Shown here one piece after another: positions 14,531-27,548 of a stretch of 64,000 bases of DNA. The position numbers and the translations under genes are program-made. Source of the stretch: Vicugna vicugna. Its lineage: Eukaryota. The stretch spans positions 310,001 to 374,000 of the forward strand of contig MU057744.1 in the NCBI GenBank assembly GCA_013265495.1. The letters are read 5' to 3'. Numbering within the stretch: the stretch's first letter is position 1; each line of letters opens with the position of its first letter. The notes under the pieces were generated by a model. That model was not told the origin of the DNA. It saw only the letters and a program-made list of their open reading frames with translations, and did not search any database.

Positions 14531-14749
14531 ACTAGTGTTTCTTAATGGTCACATTTAGTGCAGTACATAGTTTGTTTAATCATGCCCCCTTTTTAGACAT
14601 TAATTTCATTTTGTTTTACTTTTGTAAATAACAGTATTGTAGACTTATTTATACATCTTAGTCAATTAAGAAATATTTAAGTATCTTCTCTGTATTAGGA
14701 ACTGGCCTGAATTAGTACAGGTAGATTCCGTGATAAACTTATACCAGAG

Positions 14750-14946
14750 GGAATTTCAAAGTGTGGTCCTTGACCAGAATCAGCCTCACTTGGTTACCTG
14801 TTAGCCATGCACATTCTTGGGCCTCACCCCAGAACTACTGAGTCAGAAACTCTGGACGTGTTCTGGCTCCATGGGGCCCAGCAGGCTGTGTTTTAAGAAG
14901 CCGTGCAGGGTATTATGCTAAGTTCACTAAGGGTTGAGAATCACTG
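14750..14946. mobile_element. MER5A-like hAT MITE
   Basis: tcaaagtgtggtccttgaccag...gggcctcaccccagaactactgagtcagaaactct...gttgagaatcactg. Confidence 0.8.
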
Positions 14947-15235
14947 AACTGGCCAGATACGGACTCTGCCTTCACGGACGTATGCTTTACCCGGATGCTT
15001 AGTGTGGAGAGGGTTTCTTCCCTTGTTTGACTTGGATTATTGGTAAATTGGAAGAGAAAGTAACATTTAACTTTTTTCTTTAATGGTCAATTTTATGTTA
15101 CTTTTGTTTACCACAGTTTTTAAAAATTCAGCAAAAAAAAGTTAAATGATATTGAGAACCTATATGTACAAGGCAGAGTGAGAAAAACAGATTCAAAGGA
15201 CCAGTTCTTAGTACTCAAGAAAGTAACATTTAATC

Positions 15236-15362
15236 TTTTTTTTTTGGTGGAGGGAAGAGGTAATTAGGTTTACTTATTTTTAGAGGAGACACTGGGGGTT
15301 GAACCCAAGACCTCGTGCATGCTAAGCATGAGCTCTACCATTTGAGCTATACCCTCCCCCAC
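15236..15362 (-). mobile_element. Vic-1-like SINE
   Basis: Same consensus; TSD agtaacatttaatc. Confidence 0.88.
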
Positions 15363-15734
15363 CAGTAACATTTAATCCTAAAGTCAGCTGATGATCCCAA
15401 CTTAATTGCTAATTAAGCAATCATTGTGTACCAGGTGCTTCTACATATGCACTCCACTTGGAACAAGAACATTGTTACAACTCACAAATTATAATAGCAA
15501 CTCTAAAATACAAGTACTGTTAGTCCCATTTTTATTGATGAAGAGACCAAGACTCAGATCTCAAAGCTTCCTTCTGGCAGAGCTGGGATTTGAATGAGTG
15601 CTTTAGAGGCCATGCCTTCTCTTTTCTATTGCTTCTTGAGAAAATGAATATTTCAAGATTCTTGGTATATATTGCCAAGTAGCCGTCTCAAAGTATTGGT
15701 TCAATGTCCAATTCTTGGAAAATTTCTAATACCC

Positions 15735-16162
15735 TAGTTCTCGGGGAAGCCGACTGAGACGGAGATTCAAAAAGTTTATTTGGGAGTACTCTTAGGATTG
15801 ATGCTCATGGAAGGGGAGGGGGCTGGATTGGGCTGGATGAGGGGTACAAGATGGGCTGTGAAGTCATCTCCATAAAGGTTTCAGCTCACACCACGGTGGG
15901 GACTCTGAAGATGTGATGGCCTTCAGTCTTTCCTCGTTGAGGTGGGGGGCTGGGCATTGGTACCTCTGTGATGATCTGTCTTTGGGTTCTGGTTACCCTA
16001 GGAGGGAGGCGTGCCCTTGGCCAGGGTGCCTTTTTCAGTGGAGGCAATTCTAAAAGAAGGCCCACAGCTGAATGCTATCTGCCAAAGCCGGGACTCCCAG
16101 CAGGTGGGGGGAATACGTCCCAATTCCTAAAAGCAGATTGCAGTGGCACATCACAAATACAG
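15735..16162. mobile_element. ERVL solo LTR (LTR33-like)
   Basis: gaagccgactgagacggagattc...gtttatttgggag...ggaggcaattct...actcccagcaggtggggggaat. Confidence 0.65.
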
Positions 16163-18849
16163 TAATTTAAATGGAAGCTATTTAATGGTAGTTCAGCAAA
16201 TATGAAGTGGTATGTATTATTTTCATTGACTGGGGGTTGTATGCTTTCTTCATATATGTTATCAGGCAATGTTTTTTCCCTGAAAATTATAATTCTGCAA
16301 AGAGAAAACTACTGTGTGTCTTTATTGCTTATATCACTGGGGCATTCTCTCCATTACTCGACCTCAATTGGTGCTACTTTTGGATTTCTATTAGAGATCA
16401 TCTGTTGGGATTGGTATGAAGATGCAGAGAAATTGAACATGTTTAGTAATTACTCCTGTGGTTATTTCACTGCATGTTGTTATAGGGTTGTTGTGAGAAT
16501 TAAATGAGTTAAAGGATTAAAAACACTTAGACCAGTTCCTGGTGTACGCTGAGCACCGGGAATGGTGGCACCTAGCTCTACAAGTGCCTAGTAGGTGCTC
16601 AGTATGTTTGTTGAATGACTGAACGATCTCACATCCAGTGGAGTAGACAGCATAATCCCTGTTTTCTGGATGAGGGAACTGAGGCGCAGAAAGGTTAAGT
16701 AGACCTGATATCACCTAGTTAGGAGTTGATAAGGTAGGCCTTAACCCCAGGTGCTCTGACCCTTAACCCCTGTGCGGAGTAAAATGCAGAAGAACCACAA
16801 AGTAAGGGCACATTCTGAGCTGCGAGGGGCTAACAGTGCTCAGGGAGGTGTCAGTTCAGAGATTGAGTGACCTGGGCAGCGGGGGTTGTGTGCTGTTGTG
16901 CTGGCGATTTCTGGGCCCTGCATTTTATCTGCTTTAGGGCTGCACGGGGCAGACCTACCAGCAGATTCCCAACACTCAACAGGTGGTCATAGGGCTGGGC
17001 ACTCTCACGAAGTTTCTGGGCTAAATCTCGAGAGTAGGCGGGGCTGTTTGCTGAAGCCCCTCTGCCGGATCTGCCCGGGTTCCTCCCCAGAGCTCTCCCT
17101 GCCCTGGGGCGCCTGCCAGCAGGCCTGTGTGAACCCTGTTAGCATCGAGTCCCTGGAAGTCCAAGGCAGTGGCTCCCACTGGTATACGAAGACTCCAGGT
17201 CAGATCTCTGGGCAGCCCTGCCCTGGCTGTCATTTGGGAGAACAGTAAAAGCTGCATAAAAGAGCTTCACTCCTTTGCTCTGGTCCATCACTTGCTAAAG
17301 TCACAGAACCCCAACATTTGACAAATGGTGGCTCCGTAGTTTAGAGGAAGAAGCAGGAGGGCCCTTGGAATGAGAGCGACCACCCGACTGAGGGCTCCCC
17401 GCCTGCTCAGCCAGGCCCCTTTCCTGGTGGGAACTGGTTTTGTTCTGCTGCTCGGTGATACAGGCTCAGAGGGAAATCTGTGAGTTGTCTGCAGCTGGGA
17501 GGTGGAGACGGCTTGGCCTTCTCTTCCGTGGAGAGCCCAGCTTCAGTGCGGGCAGGTGGGGAGGAGGAGGCCGGGCGGACCGGGCTGCACAGGGGGACCG
17601 GGCAGAGTAAGGAAGACCGGGAAGACCCCTCGGAGCCTTTGGGCTGCGTTCGGCGCAGGGTGGTGGCAGGTAGCCCCTTATGGGGGTCTGGGGGCCCTAG
17701 TTCCTCTAGCCACTCGCTGCCACCTGACCTCCAGTTGGCCCCTCAACCCCTCCCTTCACCCGGGTGTGAACACCTGACTGCAGAGAGCTCCCTGACCGAC
17801 CCTCAGGGCCGGGGCTCGGCCCTCTGCGCAGCTCCGGGTGGTCCTGATGCTGGGGGCGGGGGGGGCCACCGAGCCGGCCACCTGTCAAACTGCGAAACCC
17901 TGCGAATCCACTGCAGCCCAAGAAAGCGTCCCCCCGACACCCCAAGGCCCACCAAGCCCCGGCCGTGAGGGCGGGGTGTGCTGTGCAGTGGGGCGGGGGT
18001 CAGGAGGGAAACTTCTGGGACATTCCTGAAGCCTTGCTGCGGTGTCGTCTTTTTATTTTTTTAGTGTTTATTAAAATAATGCATGAACATGTGAAAATAT
18101 AGCCTGGAAGGGCTCGTGATGAAAGCGGCTGGTCCAGGTGTGGCAGTTTCTTCACTCATTGCTTTGGTGTTCTCTCGATTAACCCTGCTCAAGCTGGTTT
18201 TTTGGGGTTTTTTTTAATGTTTTTATTGAAGTGTAGTTGATTTACAGTGTTAGTTTCAGGTGTACAGCAAAGTGACTCAGCCATTCATTTACATCATATG
18301 TGTATTTTTTTGTTTTTTCTTTCCTTACAACTTGTTTGTTGAAAAAGTTGTGTTGCTGGTCTGGTGAAATTTCTCAGGAAGCACATGCTGTCTGGTTGCA
18401 TCTCTTTCTGCTGTGGTAGCAGCTGTGGTGTGGATGGCTTACATCCATTCTCTCCTTCGGGCTTGTAAAGTGATGACATTCTGATAACTTTCTTTCTTAC
18501 ATCATCATACGTCTGGCAGAGGAGATGTGTAACTGCGCAGATTATATCATGGAAAACTTCCCCGTGTTAATTACTTGCTTTCCAAAATAATTGGGTGACT
18601 GAAAGGCAGCTTAAGTGTTTGATTCTTTCCTTTTATCAGTCTTCATCATGAATTGATTCACTAGGAGACGAGTGAACTTAAAAAGAATCTTTAGTAAGTC
18701 ATGGGTTTAAACAAATTTGATGTGTTTCCGTCCATTGCTGCTCTTCTTACCGACGCTCAAGTTGTCCCATCTCTGGCGTGCCAGAGCCCTTTCACGTTGG
18801 CCCCTCGGTACTTTTGGTGTGACCCAGTAGGTGTTCTTTTATTTTTGAC

Positions 18850-18998
18850 TCTTTTTTTTTTTCTTTAATTTAGTTTTTTCTTTTTTTGTGGGGGGTGGTT
18901 GGAGGTAATTAAGTTTATTTATTTATTTTTTAAATGGAGGTACTGAGGATTGAACCCAGGGCCTTGTGCATGCTGAGCATGCGCTATGCCCCACCCCC
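18850..18998 (-). mobile_element. Vic-1-like SINE (5' part shortened)
   Basis: ggaggtaattaagttt...gaggattgaacccagggccttgtgcatgctgagcatgc. Confidence 0.82.
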
Positions 18999-19441
18999 AG
19001 TATTTTTTTTTGATACCTTCCTTATTCCTTATAGGTTAAGGAAACCATCAAATGTGCAGGTTCATCTTATACATTTTTTGCCCCACACCACGATCAGCCA
19101 TTTCTCCAAGAGCCTGATTTATTTTTTCCTTTTAAAGCAGCAGAGAGTATTTGAGGCCTCAGTCTGAGCTCTAAGGTGCTCACTGCTGCTGGGTTGGTCA
19201 TTGTTTCTAGGCCGTTGAGTGGCCAGAGCTATATTTGTGGGGTTAATTCCTAGAAGTAGAACAGATTTAAGGAGGGTGTGTGTATTTTTTTTTTTTTTGG
19301 TCCTTACTATGAAAAGTTTCAGACGTACAGAAAAATAGACTAATACAAAGAGCACCTCTGTATATACGTGTTATGTTGTTAGTGTTTTGCCATATTTGCT
19401 TCATTTTTTTTATTCTTTGCTTAAGCATTTTAAATTAAGTG

Positions 19442-19472
<31 letters not shown>

Positions 19473-21392
19473 GTGGCATTTCATCCCTGAATACCTCACT
19501 ATGCTTCTGTAAAATAAATAAATTTTCTTACGAAATAGTATATATATCTTAAACTTAAATTTTGATTCATACTGTCGAATTGGTGAATAGAATTCTTTTA
19601 AACCAATAAAGAAACCAGATTTTTGAAAAACTGTGTTTATTAACCTCTTGGTTTATTGTCCTTAAAGATTAGTCCCAATGTGGAATAGGTCCCTTCTTTG
19701 ATATGGGTAGTGATATGGTCCTTCAAAATTATACATCTTTTAATCTGCTATTAATGTCATTAGAATTCTACCTTAGCTTTTTTCTTGATTAATGTTAGAT
19801 ATGAGTTTCTTCGTATCTCATGTAAAGAAAATGTATATCTAAGCTTTACCACTGTTGCACTCTTTTTTCCCCAAAGAGGAAGGTTGTTTAACATTTTAAG
19901 ACTTTTATAGGATTTTGACACCACTGTAGGCCATTGACTTCATTGATGAGCTGACTTCTATTGCCCAAGGTATTTAAAAAATACCATTTACTGATTGTAT
20001 TTTATTTATTTTTTCAGCAGTTGATTTCTTTTTTTTTAACATTTTTTATTGATTTATAATCATTTTACAATGTTGTGTCAAATTCCAGTGTTCAGCACAA
20101 CTTTTCAGTCATTTATGGACATATACACACTCATTGTCATATTTTTTTCTCTGTGATTTATCATTGATTGTATTTTATTAGTGTTGTTTTGTTGCTGTTA
20201 TTCCAAAGTTTTTACTGTTCCTTTGTTCATAGCTTTTGTTGAAATGATACCACTGAGGATCAGAGTCTGCACAAATTATCTGTATAGTAAAACTCTGCAT
20301 TAAGTATGTATAAAGTGCTCTTTTTTGACCATTTTGGTACAGTTTTCAGCTAAATCATGCTTTTGTCCTCCTGCCAAAGCAGATAGAAAGGAGTATGTGT
20401 GCTTAAATATCATAACATAAAAAGTTTTCATGTTCTGGGAGTAGATGGAAGAAACAGCTGAACTTATTGTTTAGAAGAACATTTAAGCATCATGTCAAAA
20501 TCAAAGTCCTTGTCTTTGACAGACACATGGTAGTATTCTGATGAAAACCTGTAAATAATGTAATTAATTGAATAATGCATTTAATTATTTCAGGATGCAT
20601 TTCATAACTTACTTACCCCTGGGATGTAACCTACTTAAATTTTGTAGCAGATTTTATTATAGAAGAAACAAGCTTTTGGTAATTTCTAACTTCAAGTGTG
20701 TTTTAGGCCCCATGTCATCTCTTCCATATTTTATGGATGCAGGAAATTTGGTACTCAGGTGTGTACTTGTTTGAGGCTTTGAACAGATGTGGGGTTGCTT
20801 CCTGAGAGAGAATTCTTGCTCCTGTAAGTTAGTGGTGATTTGTGCAGCTCATAAACACGCTGAAATGTTCTACCTCAATGGTTGTTACGAGGATCTGATA
20901 AATTTATGTGTGTGTGTGTGTGTATAAATAAATATCTAAAGCACTTAGAACTATGCCTGACAGGCAGGAAGGCCTTTCAAATGTTAGAGATAATTGTTTT
21001 TGCTGTTACGGTGTTATTACTGTGAATTAGAAAAAAAAAGTACTCCTTTCTTAGGACACTTAATTTCCATCTATAGGGAAATTGTCATAGTATATTGGTT
21101 TTTGTTAGAGCCTGATTCTTCATTGTCATCGGCCAGAAAATCAGTGTAATAAATATAAAAATCTATAATTTATGGCCCTCAAGGCTAGAAAATGTCAGAT
21201 TAAACTATTATCCTTATCAACCACATGCCTTATAACTCGGAATAGCCAAATAGAATCAGTGTTCTTCAGTTTATTGTAAGTGACTTCAGTTTGGAATTGC
21301 TGACATCTGACTATGGAAGGAAGCTGAGGTAACATGTCGAGGAAGGAAAGTGATGTGGTGCACCTGCAGTTCTTGTTAAAGATATGAATTCT

Positions 21393-21492
21393 TGGGGGTG
21401 GGGGTGTAGCTCAGTGGTAGAGTCTGTGCTTAGCATGCGCAAGGTCCTGGGTTCAATCCCCAGTACCTCCAATAAATAGACTGAGTGATTTT
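21393..21492 (+). mobile_element. Vic-1-like SINE inserted in a MER5-like element
   Basis: ggggtgtagctcagtggtagagt...gggttcaatccccagtacctcc; TSD aaa(g/c)atatgaattct. Confidence 0.87.
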
Positions 21493-22864
21493 AAACATAT
21501 GAATTCTCAGGTTCTATACCTGGAGATTCTAAATGCAGTAGGTTGGAGTTATGGTCCGAACTTACCATTTTTCACATGCTCCCTAGGTAATTCTGATGCC
21601 CCATTTTGAGAATGGTTAAGTTTTTATTCCTTAGGTGGCACCAATGTACCAGTGGATAAGAAATCATCAGAAAGCGAAATAAAAATCACCTGAGCCCTTT
21701 GTATAACTGTCTTTACAAAACTAGGCTTTCTATTCTGAGCTTCGGCTGAGGCTTGAGTAATGTATTATAAAAACACTGTAAGTGGGATGTGTTCTTCACT
21801 ACCTTGCTTGATGCCCCTTAAACACTCTTGTAACAAATTACTGTTAGCTGAGGGACAGGGGAAAACTGAGATGGTTCTACTACGGTCAAGAGAATTGATC
21901 TTTTTTCCTTGCTGCAGGGAAGCTCAAAGCTCTGTTTTATACTTCACTGCTAGTCTTTCAATTACTCGCTTCTGTTCTCTTAATGTTTCTTTTACATCCT
22001 CACCCCCCCCTTTTTTTTTCTGTTAATGGCTTTTGATCTTTCAGTGCCTGGTTTTCTTTCCCCAGAATTTTTTTTTTAATTGTAAGTTATTGTAGATCTT
22101 TTAAGGACATCCTCAAGTTACAGATTCCAGAAGTGAGAGACTGCCTCCAGGAGGCATTGAAATATTCCGAAGTCTGGACTGCCTAGGGTAGTGCTAAAAA
22201 CAGCCCACTTCATAATTTCAAAGACTCCAAGGTTTTTTAGACTAACCTTGTAGTAAAATGATTCCAGCTACTGGAGTATTGACATTTTGACTGTGTTTCA
22301 GTTCTGAGCCATGGACAGTATTTGGAGGCTCCAAGCTAGTGCTCTCAGAGTAATTTTGTAAATTCACAGAGTTAATCAAATTAGCAGCATCGCTTAATGG
22401 AGACAGAAGATTCTTTCTGAATTTCTCAGACTTGGATGACTTGAGTGTAGTTTTTAAAGTCTTTAAAAAAAACAGACAAACAAAGTGTTAGTTATCTCAG
22501 GAGTTGGTCAGCCCAGGAAGTCAAGGAGCAAAAGAACCACCGAGGCAGATGTTGGCAGCACGCATCTTAGACGTCTGAGTGGAAAGGCGGAGGAACTGTA
22601 TCCTGGGTGCAGTCCTGGTGAGGAGATGGACCCAGGAGTGAAGCCAGGGGACTTGAAATGACTCCTATCCCATTGTTAAGATTACTGACCTTGTGAGATA
22701 GACAGGTTTACATATTTTTGCCAAATACCATTAATCATTCCACTCACGGAACTCCTCTAGTTTGTATTTCATGCTCACCAAGCAGTCTTCTGATTATGGT
22801 GTGGCTTCTGGTGTTAGTCTGTGTATAGGAGTAGAATATATTGATCATGTATATGGAATCATTT

Positions 22865-23530
22865 TTTTCAAATAGACTGTTTCTTAGAGCAATTTTTAGG
22901 TTCACAGCAAAACTAAGCAGAAAGTACAGAGATTCCTAGATTCTCCCCTGTCGCCCCCGTAGTGCAATCTCCCCCACTGTGGACACCCGGGACCAGAGTG
23001 GTACATTTTTTACAACATTGATACATCATCATCCAAAGTCCATCATTTCCATTAGAGTTCACTCCTGATGTTGTATGTTCTGTAGGTTTTGACAAATGTG
23101 CAATGACATGTATCCACTATTATAATACCACACAGATAGTTTCACTGGCCTACAAATCTCCTGTGCTCTGCCTGTTTGTTCCTCTCTCCCCTCTAAGCCC
23201 TGGTAACCATTGATCCTTTTACTATCTGCACAGTTTCGTCTTTTCCAGAGTCATATAGTTGGAATGCTACCCTAGGTAACCTTTTCACATTGCCTTTTTT
23301 CACTTAGTAATATGCATATAAATTTCCTCCATGTCTTTTCATGTCTTGATAGCTCATTTCTTTTAAATGCTAAATAATCCATTGTCCGGATGAAATATTT
23401 GTCCATGCGTCCAAGTTTTGACAGTTGTGAATAAAGCTTCTGTAAACATCCGTGTGCAGGCTTCTGCATAGACAGAAGTCTTCAACTCATGTAGATAAAT
23501 ACCAAGGAGTGTAACTGCTGGATTGTTGGA
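22865..23530 (-). mobile_element. L1MC-like 3' end
   Basis: tagagcaatttttaggttcacagcaaaactaagcagaaagtacagagattcc...cattagagttcactcctgatgttgtatgttct. Confidence 0.8.
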
Positions 23531-24206
23531 TTCATTATTTTTAGTTCTTGTGATTTCAGTGAAGTAGGGTCTGTTTACAGTTGGTTTTTCATGTGTATTG
23601 ATGTCCAGGAAGAGAATGGAGTACTCGTTGGCCAGAATGTTTAGGTTTGTGTGACAGTTTTATCATTGTAAATTAGTAAACCTGTATTCTAGTATCTCCT
23701 TCAGAAGCATGCCTTAGAATTTGCTAGGCTGAGGCCACCCAGGGTCTTATCGCCCTGGCAGGTAGAAGGCGGAAGCCTGGACCTTACACTGCTGGGGTGA
23801 CTGGTGAGGGAGGCCTGCCCAGCCCCCACTCCTGTCTGCTCCCCAAGGTGTGCTCGGAGCACTGCTGTACTCGCTACGCTCGCCTGTCTTTAATGGGCTG
23901 GCTCCTGGGTAGCAGCTCGCCAGACAGCAGGCGGTCCTCACCAGGGTCGTGCTAATCACTGCGGGGTGCTGGCCGTGCCCTTCCCACCTGGCAGCTGGAG
24001 AGGTGACTTCTCTGTAATGCGCAGGAGTGGCCTTGTTTGTGGGTTCTTGGTAATGTCCATCACCTCAACTCATTCCGGTAGCTTTTATGATTCATAATAT
24101 TATCTGTATTTCTTATGTAAAGACCTTTGATAAAAAGTATATTAAGACATACATTTGTGTGTGTGCTGGCACGCGTCTGGTTCTTTTTGTTTGTTGTTTT
24201 GGCAAG

Positions 24207-25003
24207 TGTGACATAATAAATATGTGCTGGGCTCTGTCTTAGGGTCCTGACACAGAGCTCCTAAAACCCGTTTAATTTCCTGAGTGTTGCCATGCTAGGC
24301 ACCTCTTTTGTTCTAATATTAGATCTTTGACCCCAGTTCCTGAGCCCAGAGCTTCTAAGGCCCTTGGCATCTCCAGACTGACGAATCTTTTAGTATGCTG
24401 ATAGTGCCTGGGGGGCTGGGGACCCTGGAGAGCGTCAGGCTGGGGCTGGTCACCAGAAAGACCACACCTTGTGGAGAGGTTGGAACTTCTGCCCTCTGGG
24501 GTGGGCAGGGGGCTGGAGGAGGAGTTAATAATCAGCCGTGCCTACATGATGGCGTCTCCGTGGAAGAGCCTAACCTGTGGGGTTTGGAGACCCTCCAGGT
24601 TGGCGAGCGCTCCCACACGCCGAGAGGGAGGTACGCCCCTGACGCCGCAGGACAGCCTCTTGCCTTCCCTAGCTCGTGATGTCGCTGTTCCTCTGTGTCC
24701 TTTATTACACCCTCATGACAGACCGGTCGGCGGGTTTCCCCGAGTTCTGGGAGCCGTCCCGGCGGGTTCTCCAGCCTGAGGACGGAACGGGGGACCCGGG
24801 TTTGCAGGCCGGCGCTGAGCAGCACAGGTGGCACGCTGGGACTGGCGGTGGGGCCGCCCTGCGGGGCCGAGCCCCTCACCCGTGGGTCTGCGCTGACCCC
24901 CGGCAGTCGGTGTCCGAATCGGGTTAAACTGCACGTCACTTAGCCTGGTGTCGGGAGTGTTGTGAGACTGGAGGGGGAAGCAGTTCTCCCTGCAGTGAGT
25001 CAC
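24207..25003 (+). mobile_element. MER21-like ERVL solo LTR, 3' half GC-enriched
   Basis: tcctgacacagagctcctaaaaccc...ggggctggtcaccagaaagacca...gagcccctcacccgtgggtctgcgctgacccccggcag. Confidence 0.78.
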
Positions 25004-25325
25004 ACGTGTTCTCTGGGCTTCAGTTCTCGGCTTTAGAATGGCGACCCTGCTTCTCCGTGCTTGCTCCGCAGGTTCTCTGGGGAAGCGGGTGGAGTTCAGC
25101 CCCTTTCTGCACGCGGGCGGACCTCTGCGGACCCCCCGCCCGCGCGTCGGCCCCCGGGCAGCGCGCGCCGCCGCAGCCGCCGCAGCCGCTGGCGCGCTGT
25201 GAGGGTCCGGGGGCGGGTGGCGCGCCCTCGCCGGCCGGCGCCCCGCCCCCTCCCCGGGCCCCCTCCCGCGTCTCTCCCTGCGCCGCTCCCCAGCTTTGCC
25301 TCGGCGTCCTGTCTGAGCCGCTTCC
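24700..25325. promoter_or_regulatory. Intronic CpG island-like GC peak
   Basis: Dense CpG (gcgcgccgccgcagccgccgcagccg) and GC boxes (ccccgcccc), with abrupt AT-rich flanks. Confidence 0.65.
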
Positions 25326-26044
25326 ATTGAACATAACACTTTTAAGTCTGTGAATTTATCTCAGAATGGAGCTTTTAGCTGCATTCCTCAACTTTTGATG
25401 TGTAGTGTTTTCATTATCATTCTGTTCCAAATATTTTCTGTTTTGATGCGGTATTGCTTAATTTCTAAACATAGGATTTTCTAGTGAACATTTTGTTACT
25501 GACTTCCAGCTGAATTCCGCTGTGTGAGAATCTGCTCTGTAATTTCACTTTTTAAATTTTTATTTCTGATTGTGGTAATATAACTTAAAATTTACATTTT
25601 AAGCGTATAGTTCAATGGCATTAGGTACAATCATATTGTTGTGCAGCCATCATCATCATCTCCACAACGCTTTTTAGCTGCCCGAACTGAAACTTCATAG
25701 TCATTAAACAACAATGTCCCTCTCTTCCCTCCCCCAGCCCCGGGGAGCCACCGTTCTACTTTGTCTCCGTGAATCTGACTCCTCTAAGGACCTCATATTG
25801 GTGGACTCACACAGGACTTGTCTTTTTGTGACTGGATTATCTCACTTCGCATAATATCCTCAAGGTTCATTTGTGTTGTAGCACGTCAGAATTTCCTTCC
25901 TTTTAAGGTTGAATAATATTCCATTGCATGTTTACACCACACCAAAATACTTAGGAATTAACCAAGGAGGTAAAAGACTTGTATGGTGAAAACTATAAAA
26001 CAGAGCTGATACTACTATTACTTTATAAAATGTCAATATTAATT

Positions 26045-26177
26045 TATTTTCTTTTTTTATTTGGTGGGGGGGTGATTAGGTATATTTATTCACTCTTAGA
26101 GGAGGTACTGGGAATTGCACCCAGGACCCCATGCATGCTAAGCATGCACTCCACCGCTGAGCTATATGCCTCCCCCC
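26045..26177 (-). mobile_element. Vic-1-like SINE
   Basis: Same consensus as the other copies. Confidence 0.85.
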
Positions 26178-26887
26178 AGTGTCAACTTAGATTTACTATA
26201 TATTTACCATTTTGTTGCCCTTTACTCTCCTCTGTATCCGTAGGCCTCCATCTGGGATAATTTTCTTTCTTGAAGATCACCCCTGTCAATTATTTATTTG
26301 TTGAAATTGCTTTTATGTTGCCTTCTTTTGTGTGTGTGGAATTGTGTTTAATGTCTGTGCTCACTGTAGGCAGTCCGCTCCATCCTGAGAGGGGCGCTGT
26401 GTTGCAGACCCAATGTTTAGCACAGAAGCACACACAGTAGGTGCTGCATTCTTTTTTTTTCCCAGCTGTAAAATTGTTACGTGTAAAACATAAAATTTGC
26501 CATTTTAACCATTTTTCCATTAAAATTTAAAAATTGTAAAATACATGTAACATAAAATTTACCATTTTAACCTTTCCTTTTTTCTTTATTGAAGTATAGT
26601 TGACTTACCACATATTAGTTTCAAATGTACAACTTTATAGTGATTCAATATTTTTATAGATTACACATCATTTTAACCTTTTTGAAACAGACTTTACTTT
26701 TTGAAATAGTTTTGGGTTCATAGCAAAATTGAATGGAAGGTGCAGAGGTTTCCCAAGTACCTCCTGCCCCCACACGTGCATAACCTCCCCCATTACAGCA
26801 TCCCCCACCAGAGTGATACGTTTGTTATAGCTGATGAACCTCAACTGTTAACATCATTACCACTCAAAGTCCGTAGTTTACATTAGA

Positions 26888-27548
26888 TGACACCAGAAAC
26901 AAAGGCAACAAAAACAAAAATAAACAAATGAGGCTATGTTAAACTAAAAGCTTCTGCACAGGAAAGGAAACCATCAACAAAATGAAAAGGCAACCTACCG
27001 AATGGGAGAAAATATTTGCAAATCATATATCTGACAAGGGGTTAATATCCAAACTATGAAGAACTCATACAACTCAACAGCAAAAAACAAACAATTAAAA
27101 AATGGGCAGAGGAGCTTAACAGATACTTTTTTCAAAGAAGACATACAGATGGCCAACAGGTACATGAAAAGATACTCAACATCAGTAATCATCGGGGAAA
27201 TGCAAATTAAAACCACAATGAGATAGATGTCATCTCACACCTGTTAAGAGTGGCTAGTATCAAAAAGACAGGAGATAACAAATGCTGGTGAGGTTGTGGA
27301 GAAAAGGGAACCCTGTGCATTGTTGATGTGAGTGTAAATTGGTGCAACCACCATGGAAACAAGTATGTAAATCAAAAAATTAAAACTAGAACTACCAGAT
27401 GATTCAGCAGTTCCACTGCCGGGTATTTATCCAGAGAAAACAAAACACTAACTCAAAAAAAAAAAGTACCCCCATGTTCATTGTAGCATTATTTACAATA
27501 GCCAAGACGTGGAAGCAACCTTGGTGTCCACTGAGGGATGAGTGGATC
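26888..27548 (+). mobile_element. Internal L1 ORF2 fragment without 3'UTR or poly(A)
   Basis: aaactaaaagcttctgcacag...gaaatgcaaattaaaaccacaatgaga...; flanked by cattaga at 26881-26887 / 27549-27555; splits an older minus-strand L1MC-like 3' end. Confidence 0.85.

Noticed and set aside
21397..21470. tRNA gene
   Set aside because: tRNA-like head of a SINE with A-rich tail and TSD; about ten diverged copies in the window.
24713..25353. ORFs over the intronic CpG island, or this island as TBCE exon 1
   Set aside because: Low-complexity GC ORFs, and the island lies downstream of the ATG exon, so it cannot be the canonical first exon.
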